Below, in pieces: positions 13,636 through 25,070 of a stretch of DNA of 64,000 nt. The translations under genes and the position numbers were made by a program. A model generated the notes under the pieces. The model had not been told where the DNA came from and ran no database searches. It saw only the letters and a program-made list of their open reading frames with translations. This stretch comes from Mobula hypostoma. Taxonomy: Eukaryota. The stretch lies in the NCBI RefSeq assembly GCF_963921235.1, contig NC_086097.1, positions 121,088,001 to 121,152,000 on the forward strand. Direction: 5' to 3'. Position 1 is the stretch's first letter. Each line of letters starts with the position of its first letter.

Positions 13636-14590
13636 ATGTAATGATTGCTGGTGCCAGATGAGGTGGTTTGAGTACACAACTCAAAAATCGCTGATCTCCT
13701 GGGATTTTCATGCATGGTAGCTTCTAGTTTACAGAGAATGGTGCAAAAAACAAAAAAAATATTCAGAGAGCGGCAGATCTGTGGGTGAAAATGCCTTGTT
13801 AATGAGGGAGGTCAGAGGAGAATGACCAGACTGGATCAAGCTGACAGGAAGGATTCAGTAACTCAGATAACCACACATATGAACAATGGTGTGTAGAAGA
13901 GCATCTCTGAATGCACAACTTATCAAACCTTGAAATGGTTGGACTACTGCAATGGAAGAGCACAAATATATACTCAGTGGCCACTTCATTATGTACAGGA
14001 GTTACTTAATAAAGTGGTCACTGAATGTCTTTTTAATTAAACTTATGCTTTGGAATGAAGCAAAACTGTTTAAATTGTTTAATGAATTTGTCAGAATTAT
14101 ATCGTAATTGCTATTGCAGCAACACAATCAACACAGGCAGCTGAGGAATAAAGTTAAATGTCTTCTCCATCTACCCAGTTACTCGCTACAGGTTGTAAAT
14201 ATTAATAAAGAATAATTACTGAAAGCAGAAAATGTGAAAACGTGGTCTACGGGAGTTAAGCAGCAAGCAGAAGGGAAAATGAGGATCTGACAGTGATGAG
14301 GAAATTCCAGAGGCCAAAGTTAGGAGATGACTGTTGTCCGGTGGGGCCCATCTCAGAACAATGAATAGCAGAAGATGGAACAAATGGCTGAAATTGAGTG
14401 AGGCTAAGAAGTTGTGAACAAATTTTCCAATGGACTGGAAAACTTAATAGTTCACTGAATAAAAACACACAGCAGGTCAGATAGCAACTGTGGAAAGAGA
14501 ACAAAATCAATTTCAGCGGAATCTAACAAGGGGTCCACTATATCCAGCATTTTGTTTTGATTTCAGCGTTCCAACATCTGCAGGTTTTGA

Positions 14591-14816
14591 AAACACAAGA
14601 GATTCCACAGATGCTGGAACTCCAGAATAACACACACTAAATGCTAAAGGGACTCAGTAGGTCGGGCAGCATTTATGGACCAAAACAAACAGTCCACATT
14701 TCAGACCGAGATCTCTTATCAGGACTTCTGTTCTTGGCCTGAAATATCGACTGCTTATTCCTTTCCATAGATGCCCTCTGACCTGCCGAGTTCCTTCAAC
14801 TTTTTGTGTGCGTTAT
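14591..14816. mobile_element. Short head-to-head inverted Penelope-like insertion
   Basis: Two pLTR 3' ends facing outward; 14-bp TSD tctgcaggttttga (14577-14590 / 14817-14830). Confidence 0.8.
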
Positions 14817-15289
14817 TCTGCAGGTTTTGATTCTGATGGTCACCATAGCTCCCTGATTAAATCAAATGCCTCAACTAACATTTTGCTAACAGGTGATTAA
14901 ATAAGTGGGGTGGGATGGAGAGGGCTCGGGTATTGTTCCAACTTTAACTTTAATTGAATATTGGTCCTCTTCAAAGCATATCACACGCTCTCTTTCACAT
15001 AAGAAACTCAATCCCATTTTGCATGGTGGTGATGGGAAACTTAAAAGCCATTCTTGAACAAGAAGGAAAAATCTGAAAAAGCAACAGATGAATTTAATTT
15101 AGATTTTTTTTAAAGTGTAAAAGTTGCAGAAAATAGACTTGCTTGTGATTCGGAAATGATTTCCATTACATGGACCTGCAAAAGTGATTGAAACCAATAA
15201 TGTTACTCCTTAATCTGCAATTTGATTAGAATGGAATGTTCCAACATACCTCTAAGTCAATGCAGTCAGAACAAAATAAAACTGAAGGT

Positions 15290-15555
15290 GGCCTGTACTG
15301 GAGATGAAGGTTTGCCTATGTGGGTATACGAGTCGGTGGGAGGGAGGAAAGGGGCTTGTTTTGCTGTTGTTGTTCAGTTGCTCGTTGTGCTTTGGTTTGT
15401 TCTTTGTCATTGTGCGATGATGCTATATTGGCGTTGGTATGTGTGGTGACACTTACGGGCTGCCCCCAGCACAGTGTGCTGGTTGTTAATGTAAACAGCG
15501 CACTTCCCTGGATGTTTTGATGTAAATGTGATGAATAAATTTGAATCTTGAATCT
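15290..15555 (+). mobile_element. Non-autonomous retroposon 3' fragment
   Basis: Reverse-complement similarity to 11262-11570 and 39438-39680; ends aataaatttgaatcttgaatc. Confidence 0.55.
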
Positions 15556-16224
15556 TTTGCTGTGTGCTGATACTTACAGAACAAGTTAATGTCTTCAAGC
15601 TAAACATAGAAGATTTGAAAGTCGCTGAAAAAAATACACTTGGTTATGAGAAAGAACAGGGAGAAAATCAATATTGGATACTTTTCTACTACCCAAAATC
15701 ATGTGGAGGGGTAATCATACCCTTGGTCACTTTAGGGTATGATTACAAGTATCAGTTGCTCTTTTATTTTGGTACTTCATTACAGATATAGGAAAAAAAT
15801 GTCACTGTAAAAAGTTAGGATGTATCCTTTTTTAATGATCTTCCTTCTCTATCCATTGGGAATGTCATTTTTCTTTGTAATAAAGCTCAAATAATGCTGA
15901 TCTTTTAGCAATTGTATCCATTATTGTTTTTCCTCAGATCACTATCGATCAACAATCACAGATTCAATGTCAATGAAGATTGAGACGTATACTGACACTT
16001 CTGGAATTTTGAGTACGAGTATCTTCCTTATGCCTTTCAGCTAAGTAATCTGGCAGCACCATTAGTCACCAGTACAACACCTTTTTTTTGTGTACCTGCA
16101 CTATAAATAGGTGAAATTATGGTTCACTAATAATTTAATAGACACTCTGTCACCCTTGCCACTGCACTGCAGAGCAGGAGTACTGTAAAGACTTGGAATT
16201 TTTTAAATTTGATATCTTAATAAT

Positions 16225-16590
16225 GTAAGAATCAAAGAGCACTACAGCACAAAAAGATGCCATTCAGTCCATCTACTCCATGCCAAAATATTCTTTGCCT
16301 AGTCCCATCAATTTACACCCGAATCATAACCCTCCAAACCTCTCCCATCATTCACCTATCCAAATTTTTCTAAAATTTTGAAATCAAACCCACATCCACC
16401 ACTTCTGACAGCTTGTTGAACCCTCCGAGTGAAAAACTTCCCCCTCATGTTCCTCTTAAATATTTATCCCTTCACCCTTAACCCATGACTTCTAGTTGTA
16501 GTCACACCCAAGCTCGGCAGAAAAAAACCTGCTTACATTTACCCCATCTATACCCTTCATAATTTTGTACACCTCTATCAAAGCTCCCCA
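16225..16590 (-). mobile_element. CR1 3'-end fragment
   Basis: Similar to the CR1 3' end at 55813-56190. Confidence 0.7.
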
Positions 16591-16595
16591 CCAAC

Positions 16596-17245
16596 ATGAA
16601 TTATCCGGTGGACTACTTTGTTGATCACCTCTGCTCCATCTGTCAAAAGCAGAATTTCCCAGTGGCCAGTCATTTTAATTCCTATCCCCATTCCCATAGT
16701 GACATGTCAGTGTATGGCATCCTCTTTTGCCACATTAATGCCACTCTAAGGGTGGAGGAGCAACACCTCCTATTCCGTCCTGCTCTTTCCAGTAACCTTT
16801 CCCCCTTCCCCCACCCTCTTCTTCCATTCCTCACTCTGGTCTCTTTCCCCTTCTCCTCACTTGCCTATCAGCTTCCTCCTTGTGCCCCTCCTTCTTCTCT
16901 TCCTCCCATTGTCCACTCTCCTCTGCTAACAGATTCCTTCTTCTCTATCCCTCCCTTCCCCTCTCCCCACCTTCGTATTCTAGCATCTTCCCCCTTCATT
17001 TCCAGGTAGGTAGGCAGGTGGGTGTGGGAGAGGGATGAAAGAGAATGATGAGAGAAGCTAGGAGGTTACAGACAAAGAGGCAAAGGGCTGAAAAAGGAGT
17101 CTGTCAGCCCCTTCCTATCCAGTCCCGATGAAGGGTCTCAGCCCTGAACATCAACTGCTTATTCATTTCGATCGATGCTGCCTGAACTGCTACGTTTGTG
17201 TGTGCTGATCTGGATTTCCAGCATCTGCAGAATCTTTTGTGTTTT
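16596..17245 (+). mobile_element. Old Penelope-like element 3' part (end of GIY-YIG + pLTR)
   Basis: DHLCSI...FPVASHFNSYPHSHSDMSVYG...LRVEEQHLLFR; degenerate hammerhead agtcccgatgaagggtctcagccctgaac; tail gatttccagcatctgcagaatc. Confidence 0.8.
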
Positions 17246-17249
17246 CTTA

Positions 17250-19313
17250 ATTATCCCAATTATAGTTGAATTAAAAAAAAAGGAAACTGTGGGTATAAAA
17301 ATTGCTAAATTAATAATTCAAAGCTGAATGTTACTGGGCACTGAACATTTTGCGGAGTGAATTCCAAAGCACCCAGTCTGGTTAAGCCGCAGATATCATT
17401 TTCCAGCTGACTGGCTCTAATCCTGTGATTTCAGATTTGATAATACTTGAATATACAAAATGGCTTATTACTTATGTCACTCACAGGACATAGAGGAAGA
17501 CCAATCAGAAACTGTTATACTGAGTGACGAATGACAATGCACACTAAGAAATGGTATATTATGAATGATTTTATCGGGACAATTTTGCCTGTACACTACA
17601 GAGATTTTTCTATATGGCAATACAGGGAAATGTGAAACTGAACACAACCTAAAAGTGCACAAAGTACATGAACAAAAGGAGGAAAAATAAAGGAAGGAAA
17701 TTATTGATAAATTTCAGCCAACTGGTCTATTGAAATACAAATGAACTACAGGAATAATATGCCAACTGATTAAAAGAGAACACAAAAAAACATTCAATTT
17801 ATCTCATTGGCATGATTAATCAATCTTTACCTGATGTCTACAAGGACACAGGGACATGAAGCAATTACTCAAAGTCCTCAATCATGATTTCCAAATTACA
17901 ATTCGTGTAACTGAAAACAAAGGAATTCATAAAATTCTGTATTACCTCAAAGAAATGAATGCTGGTGCCCTACACCTTTCATCCAAAATGCACAGAATTT
18001 GAAGTATGCACATAAAGCTCAATAGTTCCCTTTAAAACCAGGGACAATACTTATCAATATTTACTGATTTCTATGTGGTGTCCCACTGGATTTTAAACTA
18101 TTACTCAAAATACTGGCATAACAGCCTTTTACAAAATTGGTCCTGGGCTCACAAGCACAAACTGGCACAAGAACCTGATGTGCCAACCAGGGTGATTCAA
18201 AATAAATCTACATTGTGCTCTACCTTAAAAACACAATTGGAGACAATGTTTTGAATCAAACACAAAATATGAACAAATTTAAAATGCAAAAAGGACAAAT
18301 GTTGGAATAATGTTTTTAAACTCTGAGGAGGAATTTTTAAGGAAAATAATTCCAATCGAAGAAATAGGGTTTGGACTTGCACAGAGGTCTGTACAAAAAA
18401 ATTATGTAAGAAAGAGAAACAGAGTACAGTACATTGTCTGAAGGGTAAGTGGCACAAGGTGTGATCTTTCAGCCTGCCAGCAACTGTTTAGCTTAATATG
18501 CCAAACAGAAATAAAGAGCAAATTGCACATGGATTTATGAGCCCCTCTACCATCTGCTGAATTGAACACATTGTGTTGTTGTTTTTCTCCATTAAGCATT
18601 TTTGTTTTTAATTAAAAACAAATCCTAGCTTGATTTTAAAGCAGATAAATTGCCCAGGTACTACCTTATTTGGTGCACTTTTCCCTGGGAGGTCACTTGT
18701 CTTTGAGCACAGCTAATTTTGAATAGAAGCACTGACGTTAACATAGTGGGACTAGATTTTTTAAATGTAATATATCGAGAATATACCAAGATATTTATTC
18801 AATTTCAATGTATAAATGTACAGCTAAATAATTAATGACCAAAGCTTCAATATCATTCATATCATTACCAATTAGTGGGAGTTCAACAAAAGGTGTTGAG
18901 AAGCAAAATGTTGAGTTCCAATCATTGCTTTTAGTTATCTGATAGGTCCTGGGAGTTTATTCCACTGATTCTTTTATAGATCTGGATGGCAAGGATAGAA
19001 ATCTGGAGTTAATAGTGTAAAATGTACAAAGATTAGGCGTGGACAAGCTTCAGTACTTTTTCCACAGATGAGAAAATACTGCTAGACCTCGACAACTTTA
19101 CTTTGTAAATAGGCTGGACTTAGTTTTAGATGGGTACACGGTGGAAGGACTGGGGGGAGATTAACGAATAGAGGCCTGTGATTACAAAATGAAGGAACAC
19201 CTTCAAATAAACAATGATTTTTTTTCAGCTAATTTTCGATAAATTATATTTAAAAAAAATATTCCAATGCATTCCAGTTCTGAAAAGTGCAATCTGCAAG
19301 ACTTCAAAACTTC
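17250..19313 (-). other. Putative SOCS6 3' UTR (distal end uncertain)
   Basis: About 2 kb of AT-rich sequence with no recognisable repeats directly after the stop. Minus-strand AATAAA at 18794-18799 and, further out, at 15763-15768. Confidence 0.5.
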
Positions 19314-20927
19314 TCAGTAGTGCTTTTCCTGCAAATAATCCTTCATTTTGTTTGGCAGAGGCAATTTTTGAATTAAGTCTATTCGAGTGTATTGACGGAT
19401 AACGAAACGGCACAGATATTGTAGTGAACGGACTTGCATGAACCGGGAAACTGGATTTGTTAGTCTTACAGGATACGTTGCAGAGCCAGGTAGGCGAGAC
19501 CTAGAATAGCAAAATGCTCCATTTTCAGAGTCTTTAATTGAATGCTCAATCAGCTCTACAATGGATGTGTGTCCTTCCACATCTGGCTGTTCATAAAAGC
19601 TAAACCTGCCATTTGAGTGTTCTATTCTAGTGTGAAGAGTTTTGCCTTGGGAACGAAAACTCAGGCTTAAAAGATATCGGTCATCAGAACTATCACGCAC
19701 AAGAAAAGATCCGTCAGGCACATTGGCGAGCTTCTCCTCTGCCTCCCACCGTGTTATGGGGCCCCAGTACCATCCTTGCTTTGCAAGTTTTTTCAGCTCC
19801 TCTGTGAGACTTGTAACCACCATCGGACCGTTATTTTGTACAGAGTCATAAACTCTTCCCACTCCTGGTGCAGAATTTGGATCAAAGTTTAGATGATGGC
19901 GTACTCTTTCTGCTACATGAGCTGCTGTACCGACAAATCCCGGAAACGTCAACTGCATTTGATTGGAGCCTGGAGGTAGGAGTGGAGACAGTGGAGGGAT
20001 ATCAGTGTGGTTGGAGCTTGAGTTCTGCAAGAGAACACCTGTAGTACCAATCAAAAGACCATTAACAGGGGGGTCCAAGAAGATATCAGAGGCAACCACT
20101 AAATCTGGAACTATATGTCCTTCATCTGTCTGTAGTGTGCTACTGCATACATGGGATGGCACTGAAGCAATTTCCATTGGCAATGGATTGTCAAGACAAT
20201 AACTACGTGACCCTTCCATAGGATACATTCCCTCATCTAAAGGCATTGTGTATTGAATGTAGTTCTGAGGCATTAATCCAATTACAACAGGGACATGACA
20301 AGATTCATCAATATTTGGATGGGAGTTGCCATTTTGAGAGTCAATTTCCTTGACTGTGTTGCTCTGTTCTTGAAACATATGGTCCGTCTGCATGTCATGG
20401 AACTCTTTACGAACTCCATTTAATGCCTGATTCGGGCTATTATTATGAACCAATGCCTTAACTTTACCCTCCATCTTAATACAGGTCTCTTCAGAGCTAG
20501 TCGATCGCAATGGCCAAGGGGTAGGACTGTAATGGTGGCCACGAAGCGATGTGGACCTTAAGGGTCTTTGCGCTTTTAAATCATTAATGCTTGCAGGGGT
20601 CGAAGAGGAGGAAAATCGATCATCCTCCACAAAGCCGACAGAAGGAGAACTTCCTTTAGGCTTCTGCTTCTGCTTTGCAGAAAGCCTCCTTTTCAGCGTA
20701 CCCATCAACCCTTCACCTTTTGTTTTATTTTTTGGTCCTTTGTCATCCTCGTCGGATTTGTTTATATCGTTACCAGTCAGATCTTTCCCATAACAACTAA
20801 ACAGGGAATCTTCCTTCCCAAAGTCATTCACAAGCGACGATGGCTGGACGACCACAAATTCGTTTTCATCTTTGCCTTTGCTCAAATTGAAGGATTTTTT
20901 GATGGTTTTAAGGCTGATTTTCTTCAT
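19314..20927 (-). CDS. SOCS6: Suppressor of cytokine signaling 6, complete single-exon CDS (537 aa)
   Basis: ORF MKKISLKTIKKSFNLSK... contains an SH2 domain (GWYWGPITRWEAEEKLANVPDGSFLVRDSSDDRYLLSLSFRS) and ends in a SOCS box (VRSLQYLCRFVIRQYTRIDLIQKLPLPNKMKDYLQEKHY). The C-terminal part is near-identical to vertebrate SOCS6 as I recall it. The ORF-track start at 20957 is a GTG; the ATG matching the known N-terminus is at 20927. Confidence 0.97.
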   Translation of the reverse strand: MKKISLKTIKKSFNLSKGKDENEFVVVQPSSLVNDFGKEDSLFSCYGKDLTGNDINKSDEDDKGPKNKTKGEGLMGTLKRRLSAKQKQKPKGSSPSVGFVEDDRFSSSSTPASINDLKAQRPLRSTSLRGHHYSPTPWPLRSTSSEETCIKMEGKVKALVHNNSPNQALNGVRKEFHDMQTDHMFQEQSNTVKEIDSQNGNSHPNIDESCHVPVVIGLMPQNYIQYTMPLDEGMYPMEGSRSYCLDNPLPMEIASVPSHVCSSTLQTDEGHIVPDLVVASDIFLDPPVNGLLIGTTGVLLQNSSSNHTDIPPLSPLLPPGSNQMQLTFPGFVGTAAHVAERVRHHLNFDPNSAPGVGRVYDSVQNNGPMVVTSLTEELKKLAKQGWYWGPITRWEAEEKLANVPDGSFLVRDSSDDRYLLSLSFRSQGKTLHTRIEHSNGRFSFYEQPDVEGHTSIVELIEHSIKDSENGAFCYSRSRLPGSATYPVRLTNPVSRFMQVRSLQYLCRFVIRQYTRIDLIQKLPLPNKMKDYLQEKHY

Positions 20928-20990
20928 CCTGGCGAAGGTGTGCAATTCCTTTTGCACAGTAATGGCCTCAGTGATGCTCTTTGGATCAAT

Positions 20991-21044
20991 CTAGCTAACG
21001 TTCTTTTCTTCTTCTAAATCACAGGTGAACATCATGACCTCCAT
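20991..21044 (-). other. Upstream ORF in the SOCS6 5' UTR (MEVMMFTCDLEEEKNVS*)
   Basis: ATG at 21044 with two further in-frame ATGs, TAG at 20993-20991; same frame as the SOCS6 CDS. Confidence 0.6.
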
Positions 21045-21046
21045 AT

Positions 21047-21075
21047 CCTGCAGAAGAACACAAAGACTTCATTAC
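21047..21075 (-). promoter_or_regulatory. 3' splice acceptor of the SOCS6 coding exon (exon starts at 21047)
   Basis: Minus strand reads ...gtctttgtgttcttctgcag|GATATGG: pyrimidine tract plus CAG, 120 nt upstream of the ATG. Vertebrate SOCS6 has a non-coding first exon and one coding exon. Confidence 0.75.
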
Positions 21076-21498
21076 ATTATACCATTTAAATATTTAAAAA
21101 ATTAGGATATAATGAGCAGGTTTAGAGCATGTCATAGTGTCAAACCTATTCCTAGCATTAAATACAACAATACACAAAGTTAAATTAAATCTAATACTAG
21201 AGGGTAGGCATTTAAAGTGAGAAGGGGAAGTTCAAATAAGTTTGGGGCATGCTATTCTTGTTTTACACAGAATTTGTTGGGTGCCGTGTTGGAATGCACT
21301 GTCAGGGATGGCAATAGAGGCAGATGCAACAGAGGCTCTTAGATAGGTTTATAAATGTGCAGAGAATGCAGGGGTATGGACCACATGCAAGCAGGAGGGA
21401 TTAGTTTAATTAGTTGTCATTAATTAATTTGGTGATGATATATATATACACACACACACAAATTTACAAACTCACTCTCTGCTCCGAGTTGACAATTA

Positions 21499-21564
21499 TA
21501 GTACTGTGCAAAAATCTCAGCATCTGAGCTATTTACGTGTGCCTAAGACTTTCCCACAGTACTG
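21499..21564. mobile_element. 66-bp Tc1-type MITE
   Basis: Imperfect TIRs tagtactgtgcaaaaatctcagca / tgcctaagactttcccacagtactg with TA on both sides. Confidence 0.6.
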
Positions 21565-21663
21565 TACATACACACTCTCAGCTTCTTCACACTACTTCAT
21601 ATCTTAAGACTTTGCTTTACATACAACTGTTCCAGGCCCAGAGGATAGGATATTGACCAGAAT

Positions 21664-22157
21664 AAGTGGCCACTTTATTAGGTACACCCATACGCCCACT
21701 TGTTATTGTAAATATCTAATCAGCCAAACATATGGCAGCAACTCATTGCATAAAAGAATGTAGACACGGTCAAGGGATACACTGGCTGTTCAGACCAAAC
21801 ATCAGAATGGGGAGGACTGAGTGACTTTGACCATGACATGATGCTGGTGCCGGATAGGGTGGTTTTAGTATCTCAAGAAACTGCTGATCTCCTGGGATTT
21901 TGCACACAACAGTGTCTAAGGCTTACAGAGAATGGTGCAAAAAAAAAGAAATCCAGTAAGAGGCAGTTCTCCGAGAGAAAATGCCTTACTAATGAGAGAG
22001 GTCCATGGGGAATGGCCAGACTGGTTAAAGCTGACAGGAAAGTAAGATTAACTCAAATAACCATGCATTACAACAGTGTTGTGCAGAAGAGCGCCTTTGA
22101 ACACAAATTACAACAGCAAAAGACCATGAACATACACTCAGTGGCACTTCATTTGGT
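21664..22157 (+). mobile_element. Internally deleted Tc1-like element
   Basis: agtggccactttattaggtacac end and an N-terminal transposase HTH remnant (VSQETADLLGF); same family as 23546 and 50186. Confidence 0.75.
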
Positions 22158-23050
22158 AAAGTAGTGCAAAAAGACAGCAAAAATAGTGAGTTAGTGTTCA
22201 TCAGTTTACTGTCAGTTCAGAAATCTGATTGTGGAGAGGAAGAAGCTGTTCCTATATTGTAGAGTGTGTGTCTTCAGGCTCCTGTACGCCTTTCTAATGG
22301 TAGTAACGAGATGAGGGCTTTGGACAGTAAAATGAATACACACTAGATTAGAGGTGGCGTATATTATCAAAGCAAACTTTCTACATAAATGACTGTGTCT
22401 AAAGGAATCTCTAATAATATAACATTAAAGAATAAACCAAACCAACTCAATTGGTAAACATAGCCAGTTCACATGAGGTAGGAGCATTTTTGTTACCTAA
22501 AATGAGAGCAGAACTCTTCAAGAATAAATCTTCTGCAGCTCAAACAACAGATGCCACAAGACAATCAGCTGAGAGGAAGTGAATAGGTTGCCAGCATGAT
22601 AAACCTCAACTTGCCTGCAGCAATGAAAGATGTCTGCTCCGAAACCAGTGCAATGTGTTCAGTGCCGACAAGAGTCAAAAAGCAAATTTAAAACAAATGC
22701 TGTTTGCTGGATTAAATATAGTAATTATGTCAACTGTGCCTGAACCCTTAACAAACTTGTCTCACCAAGGAGTTACAAAGGGTTCAGTGACTAACAAAAG
22801 ATACAGCAAGCTATATTTTTTTGGTTCACAATAATACATGTTTGGGTATTTACAGAAAGAATAATTTAGTCTTCATCAATCACACACATTCTGCTTTGAG
22901 TGAACCTGACAACTGCCTGACCCCCGCTCTCTGTCTCCCCAACTTTTTTTTAGTGAATTGAATGCAAAGGAGAGTTGTGAATGGAACTGCTACGTGCTGG
23001 GAAACAGGCTGTCGTGGACGTGATCACACAGACAGACTTTCATTGCATTC

Positions 23051-23440
23051 AAGAGACTCTGCAGATGCTGGAAATGTAGAGCAACACACACAAAATGCTG
23101 GAGGAACTCAGTGGGTTCAGCAGCTTCTATGGAGGTGAATAAAGAGTCAATGTTTCGGGCCACGACCCTTTATCAGGACTGGAAAGAAAGGGGGTAGAAA
23201 CCAGAGTAGGAAGACTGGGGGGAGGGTGCGGGGGGGGGGGGTGGGGGAGAGCAGAATAGAAATACAAACTGGTAGGTGATAGGCGAAACCAGATGAGGAG
23301 GAAAGAAGGTGGGTGGGGAAAGAGGGATGAAGTGAGAACCTGGGAGGTGATAGGTGGAAGAAGGAGGAATCTGATAGGAAAGAACTGGTTATGGGAGAAA
23401 GCGAAAGAGGAGGCACACCAGAGGGAGGTGATGGGTTGAA
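23051..23440 (-). mobile_element. Penelope-like pLTR fragment
   Basis: Long 3' tail (gactctgcagatgctggaaat) and hammerhead-like agtcctgataaagggtcgtggcccgaaacattgact on the minus strand. Confidence 0.75.
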
Positions 23441-23545
23441 CAGTTTCCCAGCAGTGAAACTGATTGATAAATGACTCGGTGTAATCATGGAATGGCAACA
23501 TCCAAAGTAAATGTCCAATCACTGCAAATTATTCTTTGAAGTATA

Positions 23546-24001
23546 TACTCAGTGGCCTCTTTATTAAGTACACCTGCTCATTAATGCAAATATCCAATCA
23601 GCCAATCAAGTGGCAGCAACTCGGTGCATGAAAGCATGCAGCCCTTGTCAAGAGGTGCAGTTGTTGTTCAGACCAAACATCAGAATGGGAAAGAAATGTG
23701 ATCTAAGTGACTTTGACTGTGGAATGATTGTTGGTGCCAGGTGGGGTGGTTTGAGGATATCAGAAACTGCTGATCTCCTGGTGTTTTCACGTATAGCAGT
23801 CTCCAGAGTTTACAGAGAATGATACACAAAAAAAAAACAAACAAAAAAAATCCAATAAGCAGCAATGAGAGAGGACAGAGGAGAATAGACAGACCATTTC
23901 AAGCTGACAGGAAAGCGACAGTAACTCAAATAACCGTACGTTACAACAGTAGTGTGCAGAAGACTACACCGGGTGCTACTCCTGTATCTAATAAAGAAGC
24001 C
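23546..24001 (+). mobile_element. Internally deleted Tc1-like element
   Basis: actcagtggcctctttatta end; encodes MGKKCDLSDFDCGMIVGARWGGLRISETADLLVFSRIAVSRVYRE (Tc1 HTH); no DDE domain. Confidence 0.8.
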
Positions 24002-24789
24002 TTTAAGTAGACAGGTCATTTTTGCGGTGACTGAAACACAGCGCTTTCTCTACAATTGCAACAAGAAGTACATGCCATATAGAAGAGTTCCAATAAATAA
24101 GTGGAGCAGCAGAACATTAGTTACACAGAAATCAGATTCCTTTATTCTGGCAACAGTGAGGACAGGATAGGTGGATCAGGTGATAGAGTCCTCGCACATC
24201 TGAATCATCAATTGACAGCACTTAAGTGTCTAGATGAACACCCGAATCTCCTGGGCACAGAAGATTAGGATTAATATGGATGAGCATCTAGCAATGAGCA
24301 TGTGGTGGGCCGAATGGCCAGCTTCCATGCTGTATTGACCCCACCTACATGTGGATCAATTCTCCACAAACATAGAATTTTACAGCTTTGAAACAAGCCC
24401 TCCGCCCATCTCATCCATGCTGACCACATTGTCATAGAACACAGAACAGGACCTTTAGGCCCACAATGTTATGCTGAACCTGCTAAAAAGTAAATTAAAA
24501 AAAAAACAAAAACTAATCACTCCTACCTACACAATGTCCATATACTTCTATCTTCCTCTAGTTCATGTGCCTATCTAAATGACTTTAAAAGCATCTAATG
24601 TGTTCGTCTTTGCCAACATACTAGGTAGTACATTCCAGGTATCCACCACTCTGAGTAAAACACCTACCCCTCACATCCCCTTTGAACTAGTCCCATTTCA
24701 TGATGTTTGGTCCATATCAACTTGAACCTTTCTTATCCATGTATTTTAGGCAAATCCAAATGCATTTTAAATTAATTATTTAATTTATT

Positions 24790-25070
24790 TATTTATTTAG
24801 AGATAAAGTGAGAAACAGCCCCTTCCAACTCATTGACCCTTACTGCCTAGCAACCCACCTCTTTAACTCTCACCTAATCATAGGACAACTTACAATGACC
24901 AATTAACCTACTTACCAGTACATCTTTGGAATGTCGCAGGAATCCAGAGAACCTAGAGGAAACCCTCGTGAACACGGGGAGGACGTACAAATCCCTTACA
25001 GACAGCACCAGAATTCAACAGCCCTGCCCTGTAAAAACATTGTGCTAACTACCATACTACCGTAGCACCC
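24790..25070 (-). mobile_element. tRNA-derived V-SINE (HE1-like)
   Basis: Minus strand ggtagttagcaca head, V-domain gtacgtcctccccgtg...gggtttcctc...cattccaaagatgt, (aaat)n tail. Confidence 0.72.

Larger units (their letters stand above)
11625..14027 (+). mobile_element. Internally deleted Tc1-like element split by a Rex1 insertion (11625-11780 + 13636-14027)
   Basis: The left part ends in atgggggaaaaatgtgacctcaatgatt and resumes at atgattgctggtgccag, colinear with the uninterrupted copy at 23546-24001; terminal aataaagtggtcactgaatg TIR. Confidence 0.75.

Noticed and set aside
19642..20793. Plus-strand ORFs antisense to SOCS6
   Set aside because: Short shadow ORFs of the real CDS.
20928..20957. 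10-aa N-terminal extension (MQKELHTFAR) in the ORF track
   Set aside because: It starts at a GTG; the known SOCS6 N-terminus begins at the ATG at 20927.
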